NCBI GenBank assembly: GCA_001599295.1
Contig: BCGN01000001.1
Location: forward strand, 1,922,001 to 1,986,000
Source: Sporopachydermia quercuum
Taxonomy: Eukaryota
DNA length: 64,000 nucleotides
Direction: 5' to 3'
In this document: positions 1 to 11,715 of the stretch, in pieces
Layout: each line of letters opens with the position of its first letter
Position numbering within the stretch: position 1 is the first letter of the stretch
Made by a program: the position numbers and the translations under genes
Notes under the pieces: generated by a model
What the model was told of the DNA's origin: nothing
The model's input: only the letters and a program-made list of their open reading frames with translations
Databases searched by the model: none

Positions 1-2233
1 ATATAATCACATCAAGAATCCTCTTATTAATGGTCCATTCTGTTCTACCAAGAACATCGAGACCTTCGTAGACATCATCTAATGCTCCTTGTTTGAATGC
101 TGCCTTAATATAAGCGACTTGTTCCGGAGAATCTTTGGTTCGAACCAATGCAGCCTTAGAATATAAATAACCACCATGATTACTTACACCCCATGGTTGA
201 GGGGCAGTAAGCATAGGAAGTAAATGTGGTTGAATTACACCTTGAACTCTCTCGGATAATAACTGTGTAAGTAATGACTTATGTACGTTGACAACACCTA
301 AACGATTACCTTGTTGATAAACATATGCGTGATAAAATGCAGGTGCAGTTCCGAACACTGTCTTCCCCGTATCAGGGTCAACACCAGAAACAGGGATTCT
401 TGCTACTTGGAGAAGCATTGAAATAAGTAGTGAACCAATTTTAGCCCGAACATCTTGTGGCCAACCCTCGTTATCATTATTTGAATTAATTCTTGCCTTT
501 GAATTAGAAAGAGCGATTCTAAATTCTTGTGAATGTGTTCTTCTCTTAAACTCTTTAAAGAAAGTACTATCATTTTTGAAGACTTCTTCTGATCGGAATT
601 CCATTTCCACAGAACGACCAATTTGTAAAACAGCTCTAGCAGTACGGACACCTTCTGTTTCTTCGTGTTTCACACCAAAGAGACGTAATAACTCTAAAAT
701 AGTGATCACAGTAAGCTTTTGAGGTGACACGAGCTTAAGAAATGGTGCAACGTACAATAATTCTCTTTCTTCTGATGATAAGCCTTTTGTTCTATGAATG
801 CTGATTCTTCGTTTAGATCCCACCGTTACATCCTCTGGCTTTGAATTCTCATTGATCAAGCTATCAATTCTTTCCAGTTCACTATTCAGCACTTGAAGCA
901 TATCTTGATGCCATTTCCACAGCTGAGTATTCAATGTTTTATTTAAACTCATGATACCTATGTTTTTCAGTGCCTCGTAATCATGTTTCCACTTATGTTC
1001 AGCAGCTTCACGAGATTTCAATTCAATAATCTTTTGTCTTTCCAAGTTGAGTACGGTCATCGCATTTTCAAACTCNGCAACTCTCTCTTTAGGAAGAGAA
1101 TTACGGATTTCAAAAAAATTGACTGAAGTGAATTTATCAGTTTTATAGAACTCTATAGCTTCTTTTCGGATTGTTTTTAAAGCGCCTGCAAGCTCCACAT
1201 TTGAAGGATTGGGATCCATTCTTAACGCTAACAAAGCTCTTCTGATAACTTTCATACCAAAAGTATCAACTGCAACAAGAGCTTCAATACCGTTAGGGAT
1301 AGAATCTGCCATGGTGGAATTCTCGACCTCATTACTAGTTGCAGATTCTAAGTTCTCACTATTGGTGAACAAAGTTGCTGCTTCATTCAATTCGCTTACT
1401 TCTTCTTCTTTTCCAACGCCAAAATCGTAATCTTCGCAGACATCAGCAACATTGTCGGCTTCCTCGGTAGCCAATCTGACCAACTCTCTGAATTCTCTAG
1501 GGATATTTGACTCCTCAACGGAAAATGTTTTGATAATATACAACATAGCATCAATACCAAGAACATCAGGGTGAAGTAATAAATCAGCTGGTAATCGACC
1601 TTCATCGCTCTGGATATATTCTTTAACTAATCTCGCCACGTTATGTTCGACTTCTTCAGTAGCTTGTTCCTTTTGGGCGCCTTCTGCAAAAGCTGTTCGG
1701 ATTAAGATAGCAAACATATAAGAATTTGGGACTAAACCAGTAAATTCTTCAACAAGTCCAGATAATGTCTCTTTCATATCAGCCAAACGAGTATCTGGCT
1801 GCTGAGAGTAAGCAAATAAAAACTTATTCACAGCGTTTACGAAAGGTGGAGAAGCATGCGATGATTTGTACAGATTTTGTAATAACACTTTAACTCTTGC
1901 CCAATCTTGTTTGGCTAGACAAGCTTCAAGTAAAGCATATATATGGGCTAAATCTTTAGCATGAGGATTTCTGATAGTTGGATCATAAATTGTAGCTATC
2001 ACTGGTTCTTTATGAAATAAAAGTGAGGAAGTGTCATTGGATCTGACTGCTTCAGTTGCTGGCAATGGATAGTTTGCAGGATAATTAGTTTTGATACTTC
2101 TGATACTCATGAGTTGATATCTATTGCTTAACCCGTTAAAGTCATTGTTTCCACATAACAGTTTGCCTCCCCTTCTATAAAAATTCCCTCTACAGCTGCT
2201 CCTCTTACCAGAAGCTTTCAGAGCNCTCAACAT
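1..2233 (-). CDS. RPO41: Mitochondrial T7-like RNA polymerase, N-terminal part; runs off the window start
   Basis: Absent from the ORF track because it is truncated. ATG at 2233 gives a basic presequence MLXALKASGKRSSCRGNFYRRG. The same frame near the window start reads PAFYHAYVYQQGNRLGVV...LPMLTAPQPW...GGYLYSKAALVRTK...VYEGLDVLGRTEWTINKRILDV, typical of Rpo41. Confidence 0.93.
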   Translation of the reverse strand, partial: MLXALKASGKRSSCRGNFYRRGGKLLCGNNDFNGLSNRYQLMSIRSIKTNYPANYPLPATEAVRSNDTSSLLFHKEPVIATIYDPTIRNPHAKDLAHIYALLEACLAKQDWARVKVLLQNLYKSSHASPPFVNAVNKFLFAYSQQPDTRLADMKETLSGLVEEFTGLVPNSYMFAILIRTAFAEGAQKEQATEEVEHNVARLVKEYIQSDEGRLPADLLLHPDVLGIDAMLYIIKTFSVEESNIPREFRELVRLATEEADNVADVCEDYDFGVGKEEEVSELNEAATLFTNSENLESATSNEVENSTMADSIPNGIEALVAVDTFGMKVIRRALLALRMDPNPSNVELAGALKTIRKEAIEFYKTDKFTSVNFFEIRNSLPKERVXEFENAMTVLNLERQKIIELKSREAAEHKWKHDYEALKNIGIMSLNKTLNTQLWKWHQDMLQVLNSELERIDSLINENSKPEDVTVGSKRRISIHRTKGLSSEERELLYVAPFLKLVSPQKLTVITILELLRLFGVKHEETEGVRTARAVLQIGRSVEMEFRSEEVFKNDSTFFKEFKRRTHSQEFRIALSNSKARINSNNDNEGWPQDVRAKIGSLLISMLLQVARIPVSGVDPDTGKTVFGTAPAFYHAYVYQQGNRLGVVNVHKSLLTQLLSERVQGVIQPHLLPMLTAPQPWGVSNHGGYLYSKAALVRTKDSPEQVAYIKAAFKQGALDDVYEGLDVLGRTEWTINKRILDVII

Positions 2234-3671
2234 GTTGGAATATTATCACCTCCTGATTCTCCTTTCGATGCCTGCCCAATTTTAAGATCAACAATGATTC
2301 TTCTATCTATCTTTTTTAAATACCTATCGAATCAGTATTTGTAAACCTTGATTATCATGATAATAAACAATCAAGGACAATGATTACCTTGACAGTAGAA
2401 AACTATTGACGGAGAATAGACTGTTTTCCTGGTCGAAGAAAATCGTCCGTATTTCTCTTAATGTGTACGTTGTATAATTTTGTTGATTGTTCAATACATG
2501 GTAATTACCTAGGGGTCAGCCTGATAGCTAACCAACGCAGACGATAACATCAGAAGGATAACTAAATTTTCACACATTAACAAAAAATTTTCACTGAAAG
2601 CTATATACACGATTACGTAATAATTTAGTTGGATGATAAGGAGAAATAAGGATGAAGGAATACAAGGGGGGGTGGGGCTGAAGAGAAAAAGAGTTGAAAG
2701 AAGGATGAGAAGGAGNGTGTTAAGATGAAGATGAATAATGAGGAACAAAGGTGGCTTTGGAAGTTGGAAAGAATAATNAACTGTTGTTATATTTACGAAG
2801 TATTTGAGCTGATTTGGTAGGGTTTTTATGATTGTAGAACTGTGGGAGTGCTGTATCCATTTGTGTATGTTGTAGGTGAATAATACCGGAAATAATGCTA
2901 TTGAAGTAGGATCAATACGGATATTATAGTGCTACTATGGGCTCACTTCGAGTCTATTACAATTATCTTGTATAATAGTTAGAAGAAAACCAAATAGCGT
3001 GTTGCCATTACCATTGGTTGCATTTGTTTGTAATCATGGTCATGACACTTTCGCTCTACTTGTGCGTATATCCTCTCTATCCATCATCTCCTCCTGTTAT
3101 CTACTGAGACCTCATTTCAGTCTCAGAGCATTCCCCCCGCAATTTCATTCTCCTCTGTCTTCCCTACGCCCCCCTTCACCAATGTCACCCTTCCTTCATT
3201 TTTACACACTAAAATATTAGCGGCTTCATAACTACTTTGTATTGCGATTCTGTTATCGCCCAGATTATTCTACATCCTTATCTAAGAAGAAATAAGAAAT
3301 CAAGGTATTTTATTGAGAGTATTATTTCTACACAAAATAGTTGGTTTTAACTAAGTTCGAATAATAGATGAAGTGGTGATCTGTTTATATTTCAACGCAG
3401 TCGTTGTAATTATCATCAGTTTACCAGTCAACTGAAGCGTACACACAAGACAAGAATAACGAATACAGATAAAGCTTTTGTTTGAGCAAAAGGTAAATAA
3501 GCAAACTGGCAAACAATAAATTTAATATTTTTCTTCTTTATCTTTTTGTTGAGGCATAGATCAAAAATCAAGCTTCTGAAGTGACGAGTTGAATGAATCA
3601 AATCAGTTGAGCATAGAAATCAGCTTAGACACACTAATCTCTCTATAAGCATAAACCTAAACATAATCGAA

Positions 3672-4358
3672 ATGTGGAGCTATCTGTTTGGTAATAATGG
3701 CAACAAAAAGGAATTGCCTAAGAAGGCTATTGTTGATCTAAGAACACATATTGAAATGTTGTCGAAGAAAGAAAAACATGTTCAAGGGCAAATAGAAGAA
3801 CAAGAAGCAATAGCCAGGAAAAACGTTTCCACTAATAAAACATTAGCTAGAAACGCATTAAAGAGGAAGAAGCTATATGAATCAAACTTAGAGAAAGTTC
3901 AAGCTCAAATAGATTCATTAGAATCCCAGTTATTTGCCATAGAATCAGCCAACCTAAATCTAGAAACAATGAAAGCAATGCAACAGGGTGCCAATGCTAT
4001 CAAGCAAATCCATGGTAATTTGAATATCGATAAAGTCGATGCTACAATGGATGATATACGTGAACAGGTTGCTCTAGGTGAAGAGATATCTGATGCAATT
4101 TCAAGACCATTAGGTAACGAAGTAGATGAAGATGAACTAAATGACGAATTAGAAGCCTTAGAACAAGAAGCTCTTGATGCTAAAATGGTTTCTGCTGGTA
4201 ATGTGCCGATACCTGTTGGTGATTTGCATGATGATGTTTCTGTTGAGGATAAGTTTGCTGCTGTATCAAACTTGCCAAGTAGTATTCAAGCGAAGAAGGC
4301 AGATGAAGAAGATGAAGAAGCCGAATTAAAGAAATTACAAGCAGAAATGGCTTTATAA
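3672..4358 (+). CDS. SNF7: ESCRT-III subunit Snf7/Vps32
   Basis: MWSYLFG N-terminus, KKAIVDLR, ALKRKK, AIESANLNLETMKAM, EEISDAISRP and a C-terminal LKKLQAEMAL. Confidence 0.97.
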   Translation: MWSYLFGNNGNKKELPKKAIVDLRTHIEMLSKKEKHVQGQIEEQEAIARKNVSTNKTLARNALKRKKLYESNLEKVQAQIDSLESQLFAIESANLNLETMKAMQQGANAIKQIHGNLNIDKVDATMDDIREQVALGEEISDAISRPLGNEVDEDELNDELEALEQEALDAKMVSAGNVPIPVGDLHDDVSVEDKFAAVSNLPSSIQAKKADEEDEEAELKKLQAEMAL

Positions 4359-5386
4359 TAGGGATCTCTTGGTTTTATGGTAAATGGGTGCTGTAAGAAG
4401 TGTGATGCAGAAATAGGAATGTCTTTTGATGTTAGGTTTGATCTGTTAATACATACTCATAATGTATGATATTTGAAAGCATCAAAGTATTAGCTTTTGG
4501 ATGAGGTTGTAGAAATTTGGAATACAAGCTATTGGTAAGATTTACATAATTTCTCACGAAAGTTGAGCTCTTATACAAAGGCCAATTTGAATACTAAGAT
4601 TAATTGTAAACTATTTTCTCATCTCAATCGATGTTTCATCATCTTTTGGTACAAAGACCACTATTTTTCAACACTTTCTTGGCAGTTTATGTGATTACGA
4701 ATGTGTTCGTTTTTCTGATGTTAATTTATTACATTGAATTATATATTACCTTACGTCAAATGAAAAATTCAGCAAGGTAATGACATCCTACTTTACTATT
4801 TTCAGCATAATTGAAATGGATGTATCATATAATTGATTGAATCAACCAATTGTAGGTGACAATTAGATAGACAGTACTATTATATGTAACTTCAACTATA
4901 TATCATTTATATACCATTTTAGTAGATAATAAAGTCAATTCACTAACTAGTTCAGATGCTGTCCGATGCGAATTGACAATATCAAATCATATTGTCAGTG
5001 ACAATTTAGTTAACTTCATACTGTTTCATCTGTCTTCAATGCCAGTTTCCAATATTACCAGCTATCATCTCTCCTGACTAAAATGCTCTTCCACGTTTCG
5101 ATCACTATTGCATCAGGGAAGTTTTAATCGATTCAATGCTCATACAAAGTCATATCATAACAAGCTTCCAGTTTACCATTTTCAACGTGCCTGCTATAAT
5201 TAATTCGATCAATTGACGGTTTAATAGAACAATACCATAAATATTATAATGTAAACCATTATTTATAGAAATTAACTCCCAACAATAGCAATACTGCAAT
5301 AAAGAGTTGAAGAACTATAATATAAAAATATTGAAAAGAGAATAATATGCAGAGTTTGTTGATGATGATAAACATATTCTTCACCA

Positions 5387-6511
5387 TTAACTAACAAGAA
5401 CCCATAGGAAGAAGAACATAATAAGCACCCCAAATATTTTAACGAAGAGCCATCTGTTTGAAGATATTCTTGCATAATACTTCAATAACTCTCTTTGAGC
5501 TCCAGTTATATTCATATTGATATCTTCAGTATTGGCATCAATTCTTTGGACAATGTTTCCCTGCTCAGCAACCATCGTTGCCAATTGAGCAAATATTCCT
5601 CCCAACTCTTGAATTGTGCTTTCAATTGCTTCTACAGCTTGGTTTCTTTCATTCAAATACATATTTCCTTGAACTTGTTGCTCTTCTAATAATGCCATTT
5701 GTTGTGTTTGAGAAGGAAGTGAAAGATAATCAGCTGTAGGGTACGAAACTCCAGGATCTTTTGTATCATCGTTTGAATCAGAGAGAAGATATGGATTATC
5801 TGAAACGGTAGGAGCTGCTGAACCAGTACGTGAAATATCAGATGCAATAGCAGCATTAGGACCATTATTAAAATAACCAGAAGAGTTCTGCGAGGAATAA
5901 AGAGGAGATGCTGTATCACCTAAAGCACTTCCGCCCCTTGAAATATCACGAGAATTGGCATTTGCTGATAGAAATTGTTGTGTTCGACTTTTACTGGCTT
6001 CCATATTTTTAGTCCGCACTTCTAAAACAGTCTGAAACTCAGTTGTGACATCCGTCAGCTTCCCTTGCAATAAATTCACAACATTCTTTGAATGCTCACT
6101 TATTTGAGAGTCTTGTTTACTATTACCCCATTTACCTTTACTTCTAGCAAACTCTTGTAATTCGGTTAGAGTCTGTTTTATCCTGATAATATCTTGTTTG
6201 ATAACGAATGTCAATTCACTTATTTCCACCGGTCGGTCATCAAACATAGTTCTTTTCTTTGCTAGAACTGCTAATCTACTTAACATATCAGTTGTGTGTT
6301 TTATATCTTTAGCTATTCCTGATGCTCTAAGAGCAAATTCACTTTTAGCTGTTTTCCCAGTTGTTCCTCCGGAACCATTTAAACTTAACTGACCGCTCAA
6401 CGATTTATTCCGCCCACCCTGACCAACTCCTCGGTTCATCCGAGCAACTGACTGAACACATTGCTGGAATTCTGTCGTACGGTCTTGTACTTCTCGAATA
6501 AGCGTAGCCAT
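5387..6511 (-). CDS. SED5: cis-Golgi syntaxin Sed5
   Basis: DRTTEF N-peptide, LAVLAKKRTMFDDRPVEISELT, SNARE motif AVEAIESTIQELGGIFAQLATMVAEQ and a C-terminal TM segment. Confidence 0.97.
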   Translation of the reverse strand: MATLIREVQDRTTEFQQCVQSVARMNRGVGQGGRNKSLSGQLSLNGSGGTTGKTAKSEFALRASGIAKDIKHTTDMLSRLAVLAKKRTMFDDRPVEISELTFVIKQDIIRIKQTLTELQEFARSKGKWGNSKQDSQISEHSKNVVNLLQGKLTDVTTEFQTVLEVRTKNMEASKSRTQQFLSANANSRDISRGGSALGDTASPLYSSQNSSGYFNNGPNAAIASDISRTGSAAPTVSDNPYLLSDSNDDTKDPGVSYPTADYLSLPSQTQQMALLEEQQVQGNMYLNERNQAVEAIESTIQELGGIFAQLATMVAEQGNIVQRIDANTEDINMNITGAQRELLKYYARISSNRWLFVKIFGVLIMFFFLWVLVS

Positions 6512-7274
6512 AATAGTTCTTTATGTTTTCACTACTCTAATTCAGCTAGTTATACTACCAAAACACGAGCTGCCGTACGTATGCCACTTGTCAGACGGTA
6601 CTCTTTTAGGAGCGTATATAATCAGAACAATTCTCTTAGCTCCTTNCTACTTTTAAAACGGCTCATAAGAGTCATGCCGAAGGGTGAGAATGGATTAATG
6701 AATAGCTATTTTAATTGCAGTCATGATAAGAAGAATAGTTGCCTGTGCCTCATTACGTGTTGGTTGACCAGGTTTAGCTGGCTTCTTGGAATGGCTGAAA
6801 GCACGGGGGTAGGACTGAAGATTTAAAATAGTTGTAGTGAAAATTCACGTGATTAGAGTTGAAGCGAATGTAGGTGCATTAATTGATTAAGGATAGCGTT
6901 AGGTAGCAATAGGATTGGAAATCTAAATAGTATATTATTAAAGAAGACTACATCAGAACTCAAACTACTAATGCTAAATATCACAACCCATAGGTTCATG
7001 AAAATGATGAACCTGTTGGTGCTAACTTTGTGAATAAGTATTAATGGCTGGTGAATGATTCTGAGGGTGGGAAAAATGCAAGATAAATATATGTAGCAAT
7101 ATGCATACTCATGTTTTATATGCAGATCTGGTTGTAATCACGTGGCTAATAATGATACTCCGATGATTAGATCTCCGATGACTAGATCATTAGATTTGTA
7201 TTTATCTCTCATATGTTGATCGCCGTATTAAGAAAACTAGTTTATATACTTTAAATAATCAAACAATAGACTCC

Positions 7275-9338
7275 TTAATGCAGATAGTTATTTCTCCAGG
7301 CAACGCAATAACTGTGACTGTCTCCTTCAGTAGCTGCCAGCAATAAACGATCTTGTTCATCAGGTAACTCTGCGTACACCAAGGACTTCAGATCTCCCAT
7401 TAACGATTCACCGTTCCATGCGACAGAGCCTCTAAATCTATATGGACAAACAATTCCATGTTGTTTCGCACTATTCCAAGATTCATAAGCTTGTTGCATA
7501 TAGTCGATTTGAAATAAGGATGTAGGGTAAGGTATCTTGAGAATTGAGCTCTCAACACCAACAGTTAAACTATCGTTCAACTTTGCAGTATGTTGAACCT
7601 CATCATATCTTAAAGATGTATTTTGAAAGTCATTTGTAGGTAATTGGAAGCAGCCAAGATATCCGTTAAACCCATCAAAAGTTCTACTATAACCATGCAT
7701 ACTTCCCCCTTTATCAAGTACCCACAGGTTTCCTTGATTGGAGTCATATGAAATAGTAACAATTCTGTTTTCATTTGCATCAAATACTGATCCTGATCCT
7801 TTACTTGTACCTTGTAGAAATGCTGAGTACTTAGGAACGTTGAGATGCAAGTTTTGTTGAGGGCACTGATCGAATATAGCATCTTTCGTATTTCTCAAAT
7901 CCCATATGAACAGTTTTGATCGATTAGTATATGCCATTGCAATTTTATAATCATCTATCCAAAGTATTTCAGGGGTTCTACTTCTAACAGAATTATCCAG
8001 TTGCTTCGTTGTAGTTGTTCTCTTAAAGCCGCCAAGCATCATACAAGGCTCAATACTTTGANAATTGGTATGCCTTTTATCGGCTACAGCCATTTGACCA
8101 TTCCAGCAATGCATTGCTAAAAGGTTAAAAGACTTTTCATTAAGCTGAAACTGGGTTATTTTCCTTCTTTCATCAAAATGCTCAACTCCTTCCAGTATCC
8201 TTAAACCTTCGGCGTACGGATGATTGAACTTCCTTATTTTTCTTATTGTCATGGCTCCATCGTTCCGCAGTACATAGATTTCCCCATTTCCCAGTGAAGC
8301 ATCAAGCTTTTTGATAGTCGAACCAACTGAACCACTGGATCCTAGTGTTTCAAATTTTAAATTTGAACCTGGACTCTTTTCTATACAGTTGTTAGCATGC
8401 TTTTCTTCACAATTCAACAGTAGCCAGAAATAACTCTTGACTCTTAATGAGTTGTTCAACATACCTAACGATTTTATGCTAAATTCATGGGGTGACTTTT
8501 TCGTTACCATTAATGGAGCTAAAGTGCAATTTGGTTAGTATATCTAACAATAGTAAATAATCTGTATCAATGCGAAAGTACGCATATCACACATATTAAG
8601 AAATAAAGCTGTGCCACATACAGCCCTTAATCCAAGCGGTTGATCCCAATCTTGTGAGAATTGGATCCTCCGTAGTAATAAATTGTGCTTTCGTATACTG
8701 CGGAAATCCATTTGCTAGAAACATATATTAGTAACAACTCCAAAAGGAAGCTTCCATTTCCAGGTTCTCATGCCTTCGACCATCTCATTCTTATAACCAA
8801 GTTTTCACTTACTGAAAGGAAAGCATTCCTTCCGATGATACCTTTGATAATGGCCTCCCAAAAGTCTTGTGACTCCTCCTGCAATAATGCCACCGCGCGT
8901 AATTTCATTCCTTATATATGTATCAATTAAAGGTTCTTCTGTGTCTGAATCTTGAGTCAGTTGTGGTTTATCATCTTTCTTGAAGAAAGCCAATATGCCA
9001 CTCTGCTTTATACGGTCTCTACTGACAGTTTTCAGCTTCTTGCACTCTCTAGGTCTTTCTGGTGGCGATCCTGTTGCAGTTTGAAAGGCTATGCAATGAT
9101 CCTTATTGTTGGTAACTATGTTCGCCCTATCACTTCCATCTTGTAAGACTCTCTTCCTTTCTACTGGTGGTACAATAGGACTTGTAGGAATACTCTTTAT
9201 ACTTTCCTGACTGGAAAAAACATCATCTTCTAGAAGCTCGTCTTCAACCACAGTATCGTAACTGAATATCAGATTGTCACGCATTGTTTCTGAGTAGCAG
9301 CAACTGACACTAAACTGTCTTTCAATATCATCATCCAT
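7275..9338 (-). CDS. Uncharacterised ~592-aa protein: low-complexity N-terminus with a PIP box and a C-terminal WD40-like region. Exons 9338-8813, 8714-8622, 8518-8465, 8380-7275
   Basis: Three canonical phase-1 introns join two track ORFs into one open frame: GTAAGT..TACTAAT..TAG (8812-8715), GTATGT..TACTAAC..TAG (8621-8519), GTATGT..GCTAAC..TAG (8464-8381). Contains the WD-type motif LFIWDLRN. Family not recognised. Confidence 0.75.
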
Positions 9339-9640
9339 ACTGGTACTACCCTACGATTCATAGCCTATGTTTTGAGCTTCCCTGGGCACTGTCAATTCAA
9401 ATAGTGAAATCAAAGCATCCATAGAAATCGTATTATCATAGTCTTCCTTATGCTGATTATTGTTTCTTTAAGTAATTGAACGTTTTATTCTTCTAATAAG
9501 CAAACGGCTGTTAAAATGGTACTACATTGTTACATATATCAATCGCAGGACATATATTTATTCTACTAACAAACAAATGTCTGACTACAAAGTACAGTTT
9601 CCATTTTGAGTACGGTAAGGTCATGTGATGCATACTTGTA

Positions 9641-9666
9641 TTTCGTGTCAAGACACGGTTTTCGTG
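9641..9666. promoter_or_regulatory. Two SCB-type elements (CACGAAA on the minus strand) in the divergent promoter of the orphan WD gene and CMR1
   Basis: TTTCGTG at 9641-9647 and 9660-9666. Confidence 0.4.
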
Positions 9667-10035
9667 TTTAACTTTACTGATAACAAGGATAGTGGGAGAC
9701 CCAATGTTAGAAATGAGAGAAATGAGCTTTTTCAAGCAGAAATGATTCGGGAAGGAGAAAAGAGAGGAGATGAATGATTAGAAGACGATAAGGTCTGAAT
9801 AAAATATATATACCATATGGAAGTTAATGGTGATGGAAGGATCATGAGAGTTAAATGTATAGAGTGTATCAACTTCAGTTGATGGTTTGTAAGAATAATC
9901 GATCGGCTAATGTAATTCAAGTATTACTGACAAATTTCCCTCATAAATTATCTCGAATGTATCATAGGTAATCTTTCTAAGGATAGACTATTTTCAGGAG
10001 TTATACGGTGTATATATAATAGACTGTATTTGAAA

Positions 10036-11715
10036 ATGAAGAGCGTAAATGAATTTGAACGGCAGAGACTGCTGAATATTCAGCGGAATAAAGAGCTACT
10101 GAAACAGCTGGAATTGGATGCTCTTCAACAAGATATCAAGCAAGTGGTGAAAGAAGAAGAAAAACAAAAGAAAATTAATAAACCAAAACGAAGGACTGTC
10201 AAAAGGAAGCATTCAGAGGAACCAGTTGTAAGAAGAAAGTCGAAACGGATAGCAGGCGAAAAAGTTGAGCTAACTGGTCTAGCAGATGATTTCAAAGAAA
10301 CTATGACCAATTTTGGTACAGCAGCCGATGCTGCTGAAATTCAGAAACAAAAATTACAAGAATTAAAGGATGAAAAAATCATTGGTGATGTTAAATTNGA
10401 AGATATTTTGACGTCAGCTTATAAATCAAAAGTTAAGAATGAAGAAGATGCAGCAGAATCTCTTAAACGTATTGCTGAACTTGGGAAAAGTATCTCTGGT
10501 GGAGACTTTTATGATACGTTAGTTAAAATGGAGGATGAAACGAAAATACCTAAAGACATTCCTAAATTAAGGGAAGAATTAAGTAAATTAAAATTATATG
10601 ATGAATTCGAACCCCCGAAAGTTACACCAGAAAGGGTCTATTCAATTGACATTCATCCCAACGCTGACCGTAAGTTGGTTATTGCTGGAGATAAAACTGG
10701 TCATGTTGGTTTATGGATAGTCGATGAAACTGATGATGAGTCAACTGAAAGATCAGATGATGTGAAAACTTTTAGATTTCACTCGAAATCTGTGTGTAAA
10801 ATATTGGTGAATACTGCAGCTTATGATCAAGTATTTAGCTGTGCATATGATGGGACAGTCCGTGTAATGAACTTATCTAAACTACAATCAAATGCTATTT
10901 ATCATTATGATATTGGGAATGCTTCCGGTTATAATGGCATATCTGATATGAATATTGCTGAACCAAATGTTCTATACTTCACAACTCTTAATGGTGAATT
11001 TGCTAGATTGGATTTAAGAGAGTCTCCTAAATCTACATCTACTAGGAGAAGCACAAGAAGCAAACCAGTAAAAGTTGATCAAAAGTTTTCGGAGGATTAC
11101 CGTTATTCTCTTACTGATCATAAAATTGGTGGATTTGCTATCAATCCTAATTGTAATTATCAGATTGCAACCGGATCATTAGATCGAACACTAAAGTTAT
11201 GGGACTTGAGAAATGTCTCCACGTTAACTGATCCCGAAGATGAAGAAATCAAATTCAAAAGGCCTCACTTATATGGAACTTTTAGTAGTAGATTAAGTGT
11301 TAGTCATGTTGATTGGAACTTAAATAATAAACTAGTGTCTTGCGGCTATGATGATAAAATCCAATTATTTCATTTAAATTGCCCAAGTAAATGGGATGAT
11401 AAGTATTTACTAGGGGAAAAGAATGATGGAGTTTTAACACCAAATCTAACAATAAAGCATAATTGTCAAACTGGTAGATGGGTATCTATTTTGAAACCTC
11501 GTTGGCAAAGAGATCCTTCTGATGGAGTTGGGAAGTTTGTTATTGCTAATATGAATAAATATTTAGATGTTTATACGGAAGAGGGGTATCAGATTGGACA
11601 TATTGATGACGATGATGGGTTGATGACTGCTGTTCCTGCTGTTNGTATGTTTCATCCCAAGGAAAATTGGCTAGCCGGGGGTTCTGCCAATGGGAAAGTC
11701 TATTTATATAGATAG
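10036..11715 (+). CDS. CMR1: DNA damage-binding WD40 protein Cmr1/WDR76
   Basis: NEFERQRLLNIQRN N-terminus, KVTPERVYS, IAGDKTGHVGLW, SLDRTLKLWDLR, HNCQTGRWVSILKPRW. First ATG is at 10036. Confidence 0.95.
   Translation: MKSVNEFERQRLLNIQRNKELLKQLELDALQQDIKQVVKEEEKQKKINKPKRRTVKRKHSEEPVVRRKSKRIAGEKVELTGLADDFKETMTNFGTAADAAEIQKQKLQELKDEKIIGDVKXEDILTSAYKSKVKNEEDAAESLKRIAELGKSISGGDFYDTLVKMEDETKIPKDIPKLREELSKLKLYDEFEPPKVTPERVYSIDIHPNADRKLVIAGDKTGHVGLWIVDETDDESTERSDDVKTFRFHSKSVCKILVNTAAYDQVFSCAYDGTVRVMNLSKLQSNAIYHYDIGNASGYNGISDMNIAEPNVLYFTTLNGEFARLDLRESPKSTSTRRSTRSKPVKVDQKFSEDYRYSLTDHKIGGFAINPNCNYQIATGSLDRTLKLWDLRNVSTLTDPEDEEIKFKRPHLYGTFSSRLSVSHVDWNLNNKLVSCGYDDKIQLFHLNCPSKWDDKYLLGEKNDGVLTPNLTIKHNCQTGRWVSILKPRWQRDPSDGVGKFVIANMNKYLDVYTEEGYQIGHIDDDDGLMTAVPAVXMFHPKENWLAGGSANGKVYLYR

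Noticed and set aside
7004..7064. ATGATGA...CTGA, a C/D snoRNA-like pair
   Set aside because: No internal D'/C' boxes and no rRNA complementarity I could recognise.
7158..7188. Two-copy 15-nt repeat CTCCGATGA(T/C)TAGAT
   Set aside because: Simple local duplication with no spacers or array structure.
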